DNA of 64,000 nt, taken from NCBI GenBank assembly GCA_044225175.1, contig JBGAJA010000002.1, positions 600,991 to 664,990 on the forward strand, given 5' to 3'. Shown in pieces: positions 21,373-29,457 of the stretch. Each line of letters starts with the position of its first letter. Position 1 is the first letter of the stretch. Source of the stretch: Candidatus Omnitrophota bacterium. Its GTDB lineage: Bacteria; Omnitrophota; Gorgyraeia; Zapsychrales; Fredricksoniimonadaceae. The notes beneath the pieces were generated by a model. That model did not search any database and was not told the DNA's origin. It saw only the letters and a list, made by a program, of their open reading frames with translations. Made by a program: the position numbers and the translations under genes.

Positions 21373-24300
21373 ATGAAGACTATTTTTAATGCTTTACTTA
21401 TAGGTATTATCACCCTTAGCGCTCATAGTGCTTTGGCATTAAATAGTGACCTCACTCTTACCTCTTCTTCTAACGGAAAGGTTGTTGCTTCTCCGGCTGG
21501 TCCTTATCTTGTAGGTGATCAAGTTACTCTTACAGCTGTTGCTAATGATGGTTATATGTTTACGGGATGGTCTTCTGATGTGACAAGCAGAGTCAATCCA
21601 ATAACGATCACCATGGACAGCAATAAAACAATCACGGCTAATTTTGAACTTGGAAATCCTATTCAGGTTCACTCATGGTCCAATTCCGGACAATCGACCA
21701 TCCATACCATGCCTCAGTTCAATTATAGTGAGGGGGATCCCAGTTATATGGATACTGTGGTCATTCCTCGCATCAAGGCTCAATTGAATGACGGAAGGCT
21801 GCCTGGGCAGAATATACTTCATATTCAAGGGGAGATGGATGATATTAATTTGCATGGTACCTTGGATGACTTGATCATCACCAGTTCTGCTATTCAAGAC
21901 AGAAAGATAGTATTTCAAAATTTGTTTCATAAGCTTTCTACGGCTGGAGTTGCTATTGATACAGTTGTGATCGATATGGAGCAGTATTTTACTACATTTG
22001 GATTAATGGGTTTTAGGCAGGAAGCTACCTGTTCCACTTTGTCAGATAGAATTCAATTTTATTATGATCATTTCACAGGTGTGCTCAAAGATTCACGAGG
22101 TAGTGATCCGACTCTCTTTTTAGATCCTGCTTTAGTGCAAGATTACCCTGTAGATGCCACTCATCAACCCTACAACTGCACCCCTTGGAAAGGATCAGAT
22201 CCAACGTCTTCTTATTATGCTGCTTTCAATGCCTGGAATAAATGGGCCACTAATGCAGCTAAGGATGCTTATCAAGAGGCTGTGATTGGGCCGTTGCATC
22301 AATATTTTCCACAAGCCAAGGTTTCGCAATTTAATAACACATTTCCTTTTCCATCCTCTATCAATAATCCTGCTGACTGGCCTTTTGCAACACCTATTGG
22401 AGATGTTGCCTCTTCGGATTTATATTTCGTTAATACGGGAGAAAGGTACTCCTCGGGATATCGCAAACTTCAAAAGATAGACCCCTGGAATTGCTTGATT
22501 GATAAGATCAATTTACTCAGAGCTTCATTGAGCGATCAAAGTCCTAATCAGCCTGATGTGATGCCATGGTTTGGGTATCCTGGACTATCTTGGGATTATA
22601 CCGCTGTGAATGAAAAGCTTTTTGATATTATCGTATCCCATGCTGCCCAGATGGGAATTTCTCAATCTTTGTTATGGAACCCTGACTCCGTAGGCCCTTG
22701 GGGAAACCAAGCTGTCAATTCAAATCAACATGCTGCGCAAGTCTTTGCAACCACTCCAGTTAATACTGTTATCAAAAGAGATTGGTCCCCGATTCCTTTT
22801 GATTCAGATTCGATTACAACTGGAAGTGTTACAACAACTTATACAGATTTCTTAATTACTTATAATAATACATTTACATTAACCACAACAAGCACAAGCG
22901 GTGGTCAAATTCAAAGGGATGATGTGACTAATGTCATGAATCCTGACCAAACCAATTATGCTGGCTTTAAATGGGTTAAACTTTCAGCAGTTGCTGATAG
23001 TGGGGAGCAGTTCTACGGATGGATAGGGGATATTGAAAGCACGGATCCAATCGTTAATGTTCCAATGGTGGGTCCTAGAAATATTAAAGCCACCTTTGGT
23101 CCCGTCGCTATTGGGAAGATTTCTAAGGATCAAACGATAGTTCAGGGAGAAAGCGTAACTTTAACCGTATCCGCAGCAGGGGCACCCACCCTTAGTTATC
23201 AATGGAAGAAAGATGGTGCTAATATTGCAGGAGCAGCAAGTAGTTCTTATACGATTAACCCTGCTAATGTCTCAGACACGGGAAGTTACACGGTTGAAGT
23301 TTCCAACACATATGGAACTGTTACTAGTGAGCCAACCGTTTTGACAGTCACTCAAGCACCAATGATTACATATCAACCGATCAATTTGACAACCATCGTT
23401 GGCAATGAAATCACCTTTCATGTTTCTGCGCTCGGAACAGGACCGTTAACTTATCAATGGAAGAAAAATGGAACGGATATTTCTGGTGCAACAAGCGCTG
23501 ACTATACGATTAGTTCTCCTGGTTTGGCAGATGAAGCTAGTTATAGGGTAGTTGTAAGTAATACATTTGGGTCTATTCTAAGCGATGTTGCAACGCTTGC
23601 AGTTCATCAACCTCCAGCTATTAGTGTTCAGCCTGCTAGCGTAACAACTGACGAAGGACAAAGTGCAACTTTGAGTGTGACAGCCTCAGGTGCTGGGACA
23701 TTAGTGTATCAATGGAAGAAAGATGGCATATGTATAAACGGGGCTAATGGTCCAAGCTATACAATCAATGCTCCAGTTTCTTCGGATGCGGGAGTATATA
23801 GTGTGGTTGTGGCTAACGCATATGCTTTGATTCAAAGCAATTCTGCTGTGCTAGTTGTCAACAATAGACTTCCAGTAATTACAACTCAGCCTGCCAGTTT
23901 AACAGTCAATGAAAAAGATCAGGCGATATTTAGCGTCGTGGTTATAGGCACAGCTCCTTTATATTATCAGTGGATGAAAGATGGTGTTGCATTGCCAGGG
24001 AAAGTGGATGATTCATTGACTATTAATTTAGCCAAAGGAACAGATGAGGGCAGTTATACCGTGGAAGTGAGTAATATGGCAGGAAATGTGACGAGTGACC
24101 CTGCAATTCTAACCGTTCACCGATCTCCTAGTATATTGAGTCAGCCGGGAAGTTTGACAATTGATGAAGGTCAACCAGCTATATTTAGTGTCACCGCTGC
24201 AGGATCACCAACTTTGACGTATCAATGGATGAAAGATGGTGCTGCTATTGTAGGTGCAACTAATGCCTTTTTTACAATCGATTCTACAACAGCGAATCTA

Positions 24301-26223
24301 GCGGGAAATTATACAGTCATCATCAGCAATTCCTTTGGAACAGTTACTAGTACATCTGCTACATTGACTGTGAATACTTCTTCTCAAAAAATAGGTAATC
24401 AACCTCCTGTTGTCAGTGCCGGATTGGACCAAACGATTGTGACACCCGATTCCACAACACTTTCTGGAACCGTTTCAGATGATGGTTTGCCTAATCCTCC
24501 TAAATCTATCACAACGATGTGGAATGTAGTCACGGCTCCAGGAACGGTGACCTTTGGTGATCCACATTCTTTAATCACTAAAGTATCTTTCTCTGGAGTT
24601 GGAACATATGTGCTTAGTTTGACAGCTAATGACGGGTCTTTAACAAGTGTGAGTAAAGTCAGTATTAATGTTGTCTATCCTTTGGGAGGAGGCGGGGGTG
24701 GGAGCAATCTTTACACTTTAATGATTAATGCTTCCAATGGAAGAGTGACCAGAAATCCTAATCAAGCCAGCTATACTACGGCGACTCAAGTCACATTAAC
24801 TGCAACGGCCAATGATGGGTATCAATTTGTAGGATGGTCGGGAGATGCTCAAGGAAGCAGCAATCCTTTAAAGATCACTATGGATAATAACAAAACGGTG
24901 ACTGCTTTATTTAAGGCAACGAATCAACGCCAAAGTAATCAACCACCTTCGGTTAGTGCCGGGACAGATCAAATTATAGACTTAAAATCGACTGCACTTT
25001 TATTAGGGACAGTCACAGACGATGGTTTACCTATTCCTCCAGCCTCAATGAATACCACTTGGAGTGTAATTTCAGGGGCAGGAGCTGTAAACTTTGCCAA
25101 TATTAATGCTCCTAATACCACAGCTACATTTTCATTACCTGGACGTTATGTCTTGCAATTGACTGCTAATGATGGAGCCTTGCAAGCCAGTTCTACGGTC
25201 AGTATTACGGTCAGTGCGGTTGCTCTTTACAGTCTTAAAATTAATGCAGGAAAAGGAAGGGTTTATAGAACTCCAGATTCTTCTAAATATACTGCGGGGA
25301 CTCCCGTGACATTAATAGCCAGTGCGCCACCGGGGTATCGTTTTAGTTCTTGGAGTGGAGATATTACGGGAAACACAGATACCATTACAATTACGATGGA
25401 TTCAAATAAAACAATCTTAGCCAATTTTTCCTCATCCAATGAGGCTCCTGTGGTGATTGCAAATGTTGATCATAATGTTGTGAATCTGCCAGATCCTATA
25501 CAATTAAAAGGTGAGGTTTCTGATGACGGATTACCTTCTAAAAATCTTAGAGCAACCTGGAGTAAAGTCTCAGGACCTGGCAATGTAAGGTTTGCTGATC
25601 CTTCCTCGGAGAATACAACTGCAACATTCTCTAAAGCTGGGGTATATGTCTTACAGTTAAGTGCTAATGATGGACTTTTGGAAGCTAAGGCTGCGGTGAG
25701 CGTTACAGTTCTTTCAATGGCTAAATACTCTATAACTACCCAAGCAACTCACGGCAAAGTCACTAAAAGCTCTGAGGCTGAAAGTTATAGTGAAGACAGC
25801 CGGGTCACCTTAACAGCTGTCCCTGAAAATGGTTACTTGTTTAGTTCGTGGAGTGGAGATTTGAAAGGAAATTCTAATCCTGTGACGATTGCCCTTAAGA
25901 GCAATATGAACATTATAGCTAATTTTGTGGAGGATAATCAGCCTCCATGGATCAATGCTGGTCCTAATCAAACCATTGCTCTTTCAGAAAGAGTCATCTT
26001 ACGTGGATCCACGACGGAGAATGAGGGGGCCCAGAAGAACCTAAAGGTCATTTGGTGCAAATTATCCGGCCCTGGGATTGTAACGTACGCTAATGCAAAT
26101 TCTCTAATTACAACCGCATCTTTCTCTAAAGAAGGCAAATATGTCCTTCTTATGACCGCAATTAACCCCAAAGGTCTTTCCACTAATTCCAAAGTAACCA
26201 TCACAGTCAAACCAAGCAAATAA
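21373..26223 (+). CDS. Large secreted/surface protein (1616 aa): InlB B-repeat-like, putative glycoside-hydrolase-like domain, 5 Ig-like repeats, 4 PKD-like domains
   Basis: Signal peptide (AHSALA). Repeats VTLTA.A..GY.F..WSGD....NP..ITMD.NK..TA.F; Ig repeats YQW.K(D/N)G...G.Y.V.VSN..G; PKD-like NQPP.VSAG.DQ...GTV.DDGLP...G.YVL.LTANDG. Confidence 0.9.
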   Translation: MKTIFNALLIGIITLSAHSALALNSDLTLTSSSNGKVVASPAGPYLVGDQVTLTAVANDGYMFTGWSSDVTSRVNPITITMDSNKTITANFELGNPIQVHSWSNSGQSTIHTMPQFNYSEGDPSYMDTVVIPRIKAQLNDGRLPGQNILHIQGEMDDINLHGTLDDLIITSSAIQDRKIVFQNLFHKLSTAGVAIDTVVIDMEQYFTTFGLMGFRQEATCSTLSDRIQFYYDHFTGVLKDSRGSDPTLFLDPALVQDYPVDATHQPYNCTPWKGSDPTSSYYAAFNAWNKWATNAAKDAYQEAVIGPLHQYFPQAKVSQFNNTFPFPSSINNPADWPFATPIGDVASSDLYFVNTGERYSSGYRKLQKIDPWNCLIDKINLLRASLSDQSPNQPDVMPWFGYPGLSWDYTAVNEKLFDIIVSHAAQMGISQSLLWNPDSVGPWGNQAVNSNQHAAQVFATTPVNTVIKRDWSPIPFDSDSITTGSVTTTYTDFLITYNNTFTLTTTSTSGGQIQRDDVTNVMNPDQTNYAGFKWVKLSAVADSGEQFYGWIGDIESTDPIVNVPMVGPRNIKATFGPVAIGKISKDQTIVQGESVTLTVSAAGAPTLSYQWKKDGANIAGAASSSYTINPANVSDTGSYTVEVSNTYGTVTSEPTVLTVTQAPMITYQPINLTTIVGNEITFHVSALGTGPLTYQWKKNGTDISGATSADYTISSPGLADEASYRVVVSNTFGSILSDVATLAVHQPPAISVQPASVTTDEGQSATLSVTASGAGTLVYQWKKDGICINGANGPSYTINAPVSSDAGVYSVVVANAYALIQSNSAVLVVNNRLPVITTQPASLTVNEKDQAIFSVVVIGTAPLYYQWMKDGVALPGKVDDSLTINLAKGTDEGSYTVEVSNMAGNVTSDPAILTVHRSPSILSQPGSLTIDEGQPAIFSVTAAGSPTLTYQWMKDGAAIVGATNAFFTIDSTTANLAGNYTVIISNSFGTVTSTSATLTVNTSSQKIGNQPPVVSAGLDQTIVTPDSTTLSGTVSDDGLPNPPKSITTMWNVVTAPGTVTFGDPHSLITKVSFSGVGTYVLSLTANDGSLTSVSKVSINVVYPLGGGGGGSNLYTLMINASNGRVTRNPNQASYTTATQVTLTATANDGYQFVGWSGDAQGSSNPLKITMDNNKTVTALFKATNQRQSNQPPSVSAGTDQIIDLKSTALLLGTVTDDGLPIPPASMNTTWSVISGAGAVNFANINAPNTTATFSLPGRYVLQLTANDGALQASSTVSITVSAVALYSLKINAGKGRVYRTPDSSKYTAGTPVTLIASAPPGYRFSSWSGDITGNTDTITITMDSNKTILANFSSSNEAPVVIANVDHNVVNLPDPIQLKGEVSDDGLPSKNLRATWSKVSGPGNVRFADPSSENTTATFSKAGVYVLQLSANDGLLEAKAAVSVTVLSMAKYSITTQATHGKVTKSSEAESYSEDSRVTLTAVPENGYLFSSWSGDLKGNSNPVTIALKSNMNIIANFVEDNQPPWINAGPNQTIALSERVILRGSTTENEGAQKNLKVIWCKLSGPGIVTYANANSLITTASFSKEGKYVLLMTAINPKGLSTNSKVTITVKPSK

Positions 26224-26226
26224 ATG

Positions 26227-26253
26227 TCAAAAAGGTGTCAGACACCTTTTTGA
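26227..26253. repeat. Perfect 13-bp inverted repeat with 1-nt centre; possible terminator or miniature palindromic element
   Basis: TCAAAAAGGTGTC-A-GACACCTTTTTGA directly after the stop codon of the surface protein. Confidence 0.7.
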
Positions 26254-26375
26254 GTTTATTTTTGTTTTAGTTTGTAAGTCTAGGGAAATTATGTAGTTAG
26301 AGCTAGCTCGGGGATTGGCAATATCTTTAGGAGGCGTATATACTGTAAGTAGATATTCAGCTCTTTTAAAAAAGC

Positions 26376-26540
26376 AAATCGAAATGGCAAACCCAGGGAA
26401 ACCTGGGGGCCTCTTGCTTCGCTTAAGTGCTTTCGCCTTAAGCTTCGCAGGAGTCTCTCCGAAGCTCAAACATGTAAATATTTGAGCGAAGGAGGAGCAA
26501 AGCCGTGGGTCCTTCAGAGGGACTGCCTGGTTACCGAAAG
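26376..26540 (+). ncRNA. c-di-GMP-I (GEMM) riboswitch, interrupted by an 86-nt insertion
   Basis: GGCAAA-CCCAGG-GAAA-CCTGGG-GGC ... GCAAAGCC-GTGGG-TCCTTCAGAGGGA-CTGCCT-GGTTACCGA matches GEMM-I architecture (GNRA-capped P2, GCAAAGCC junction, GGTTACCGA 3' end); located 5' of ORF 26626. Confidence 0.85.
26411..26496. repeat. Twin-hairpin palindromic element inserted in the riboswitch
   Basis: CTCTTGCTTCGCTTAAG..CTTAAGCTTCGCAGGAG plus TCTCCGAAGCTCAAA..TTTGAGCGAAGGAGGA; the two units are mutually inverted. Confidence 0.8.
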
Positions 26541-26625
26541 TGTTGCTGTGTTGGTCTCTTATTAATCAGGATTGATGGTCAGGCATTTTCTCTGAGGGGC
26601 CCTTTTTTTAACGAGGGAGAGAACA

Positions 26626-28152
26626 ATGCGCAGAATCGTAACCCCCATCATTGTTTTGAGCCTGATTTTTACCCAGATTTCTGTTTTAGAAGCTCAAATG
26701 CCAATAGGCTATAGTGTTGATCCACATCTATTAAACTGGATGAAATCCAATGTTAGTCCAGTGACACAACTTCCTTATAGTTTTTATATTCCCGAACAAG
26801 AAAAACATGCTGTTTATCAAACAATGAATTTGGATGGCCCTATCAATGGGGCCATTGAGCGTACGATCACCTCTGAAGGACTCGATATCTACGACGGGGC
26901 GGTCTATCAAATCGTTTTAAGCATGCTTGGGGGGCAAGATAACCTCACTAAAGCTGCCATTCCATTAAACTATTACTGGGAAGGTTCTCTAGGGGATACG
27001 TCAAGTGTCCGCTCCGGATATCCTATTAATCTTTTTGTCTATGATTCTTTAAATCCCCAAACAGTAAGCTCAGATAATCAACGTTTAGGACAAAGGGGCT
27101 TTATCTTTCGCATTATCAATGCGAATGGAAATTTTCTTTTAAGCGATCCTATGAACGGACTCACCAGCCTTTCAGGCTTTCCGGAACAAGATCGCCTCCA
27201 TTGGGTTGATTGGAAACCTGTAGCAGGAGAAAACGCCTGGGTCGTCATTGCCGCCATGCAACTCTACAAACAAAAGTATTCTAAGCCATCGGAACCTCGC
27301 AGGTTCCAGGCAGCAGGTTCCGCTAGTGTGGAGCTTAAGCTTTCAGAAGAGTTGGCTCGGGCGGCCATGATTTTGCAATCTTCCATTGGAGGGATCCGTA
27401 TGGCTCCTATTGGCACTCACCGCACGCTAGTTGAGGGCGAACAGGAATTCTTCACCCCTCAAAATTGGTGGTATCGTCATGTCTCGACGGAGAATAACAT
27501 ATCATGGTATGCAGCTTTTCGTATGCTTTATGAAGTGACTGGAAAAGAGGTTTACCAAAAGGCCATGTTAAACATTGAACGTTATTTGCATTTTGTTTGG
27601 GACAGCAAAGAACATATGTTTCACCAAGGAGCTTACGAAATAGGGGGTATATGGATGCCTAGTCGTGAGCATTTCGCCCTGGATGTTCAAACATGGGCCA
27701 TTGCTTGCCTTGGACCACAGGTCATTGATGCGTGGTTTGGGGAAGGTGAGTCTTATAAGATTTGGCAGAGTGCTAAACAACACTCGGGTGTTCTTGATGA
27801 AAAAGGCAATGTCATTGGCGTGGGGTATTCAGATGAACATGATCGTATTTCTGTGGAATGGTCCGCTGGAGCCATGATTACGCTTCAAGAGATGGGGGCC
27901 TATTACATGTCAGCAAGGCCTTCCTGGTCTCAAGAAGTCCTTTCTGAGAAAGTTTCTATGCGAAGAAATATGGAAAGCCTGCACTACAAGATTTCAGATG
28001 ACCTTTCCGCTTATAGTTATTCCTCCAAACGCGGCTGGATCCCCTTCGGCTGGAACTCCCACGACCCCCAAGTCCTTAGCACAGCCTCCAGCGGCTGGAT
28101 GATGTTTGTCGATGCTGGGGTTAATCCGTTTAGATTTATTAACAATAATTAG
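26626..28152 (+). CDS. Secreted hypothetical protein, possibly (alpha/alpha)6 glycoside-hydrolase-like
   Basis: GAGGGAG RBS, signal peptide, aromatic/acidic motifs DIYDGAV, STENNISWYAAF, ALDVQTW, SVEWSAG. Confidence 0.7.
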   Translation: MRRIVTPIIVLSLIFTQISVLEAQMPIGYSVDPHLLNWMKSNVSPVTQLPYSFYIPEQEKHAVYQTMNLDGPINGAIERTITSEGLDIYDGAVYQIVLSMLGGQDNLTKAAIPLNYYWEGSLGDTSSVRSGYPINLFVYDSLNPQTVSSDNQRLGQRGFIFRIINANGNFLLSDPMNGLTSLSGFPEQDRLHWVDWKPVAGENAWVVIAAMQLYKQKYSKPSEPRRFQAAGSASVELKLSEELARAAMILQSSIGGIRMAPIGTHRTLVEGEQEFFTPQNWWYRHVSTENNISWYAAFRMLYEVTGKEVYQKAMLNIERYLHFVWDSKEHMFHQGAYEIGGIWMPSREHFALDVQTWAIACLGPQVIDAWFGEGESYKIWQSAKQHSGVLDEKGNVIGVGYSDEHDRISVEWSAGAMITLQEMGAYYMSARPSWSQEVLSEKVSMRRNMESLHYKISDDLSAYSYSSKRGWIPFGWNSHDPQVLSTASSGWMMFVDAGVNPFRFINNN

Positions 28153-28198
28153 CTGTTTTTGTTCTCCACTTATGCTACACTTTAGGTGGAGGTAAATT

Positions 28199-28426
28199 AT
28201 GGCAACCAAACATCCTAGATTAAATGTAGTTCTGGAACCTGTTTTAATGAAAGGTGTTGAGCATCTAGCTAAGTCTCAGGGATTATCTTTATCAACGGTA
28301 GCTCGTGATTTGATCAAAGAAGCTTTGGAAACCTATGAAGATAGTTGTTGGGATAAAAAAGCTGCTCAACGTCTAAAGAACTATAGCCGTTCCAAGTCTT
28401 TAGCTCATCAACAGGTGTGGGGTTAA
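28199..28426 (+). CDS. Ribbon-helix-helix antitoxin
   Basis: 75 aa, RLNVVL..., LSLSTVARDLIKEALE.YED, C-terminal H.QVW; overlaps the downstream toxin start (TAATG). Confidence 0.8.
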   Translation: MATKHPRLNVVLEPVLMKGVEHLAKSQGLSLSTVARDLIKEALETYEDSCWDKKAAQRLKNYSRSKSLAHQQVWG

Positions 28427-28701
28427 TGACTTCTTACAAAGTTCATTACCATTCCCTGATTACTAAAGACATAGCTGGTATTCCTAATAATATGCGTAGT
28501 CGCATCCGTTTGGCTATTGAAGAACGTTTGCAAATAGATCCAATTAATTATGGATTACCTTTACGAAAAAGCTTACACGGTTTTTATAAAATGAGAGTAG
28601 GAGATTATAGAGTAATTTATCAAGTGGTTAAAGATGACATCGATATTTTGATTATAGGACATCGTAAAGATGTATACCCAAAATTATTAAAAAGGCTTTA
28701 A
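28426..28701 (+). CDS. RelE/ParE family type II toxin
   Basis: YGLPLRKSLHGFYKMRVGDYRVIY...IGHRKDVY; start ATG 28426 coupled to the antitoxin stop. Confidence 0.92.
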   Translation: MTSYKVHYHSLITKDIAGIPNNMRSRIRLAIEERLQIDPINYGLPLRKSLHGFYKMRVGDYRVIYQVVKDDIDILIIGHRKDVYPKLLKRL

Positions 28702-29387
28702 TGAAAATCTACAAAGAATCCATGAAACCAAAAATCATTTTAGTTGTAACCGACCGAGAAAAGAATGCCCAGATCAAGGCTTTGAAGGTTGATGCTTTGG
28801 AGATTCGGGTGGATTTGTTTCGAAGAAGAGATTTGAAATATATTCAAGAAAAGATTAAACAGCGACGAGAAACAAGGCTGCCTTTGCTTTTAACTGTCCG
28901 TAATCAGAAAAAAGAGGGGGCAAGTGCCGATTGGTCCAATGAAGAGAAGCATAACATTTTGCAAATGGCTTTACCTATGGTTGATATGGTTGATATTGAA
29001 CTAAGTTCACCGCTTCTTAAAGAAACATTATCATACGCTCGTAAGTTAAAGAAGAAAACCATTGTTTCCATCCATGATTTTCATCACACCCCGTTACATT
29101 TAGAAAATATTCTTAAAAAAGCGCTCAGTACCAGAGCTGATATCATCAAGATCTCTGCTAAAGCCAATTCTATGGATGATGTCTTTCGTATGATTGAATT
29201 CACTCGCAAAAATCATTCCAAGCACTCTATGATTACCCTGTCTATGGGCTCTCTAGGCAAAATTTCGCGCTTAGTTTTACCTGCCGCAGGAAGTTTATAT
29301 ACCTATAGTTTCCTCAATCAATCCACCGCTCCTGGGCAAATTGATATTAAGACCCTCCAATCACACATAAGTCTATACTATTCATAA
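28701..29387 (+). CDS. aroD: Type I 3-dehydroquinate dehydratase
   Basis: LEIRVD, LLTVR...EG, VDIEL, IVSIHDF, ADIIKI (Schiff-base Lys), SMGSLGKISR, TAPGQI. Confidence 0.93.
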   Translation: MKIYKESMKPKIILVVTDREKNAQIKALKVDALEIRVDLFRRRDLKYIQEKIKQRRETRLPLLLTVRNQKKEGASADWSNEEKHNILQMALPMVDMVDIELSSPLLKETLSYARKLKKKTIVSIHDFHHTPLHLENILKKALSTRADIIKISAKANSMDDVFRMIEFTRKNHSKHSMITLSMGSLGKISRLVLPAAGSLYTYSFLNQSTAPGQIDIKTLQSHISLYYS

Positions 29388-29457
29388 GGTTATAAAATTT
29401 TCTTTTTTTATCACCCTAAGTGGCATTATATAAATATACCAGGTATACTTTTTTGAC

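Noticed and set aside
21180-21413. 77-aa minus-strand ORF
   Set aside because: It runs through the divergent promoter region and the palindromic repeat (FPSLDGKGLGEG is repeat-derived)
26227-26714. ORFs 26227..26469 (-) and 26505..26714 (+)
   Set aside because: They overlap the riboswitch, its palindromic insert and the start of the real CDS; no protein features
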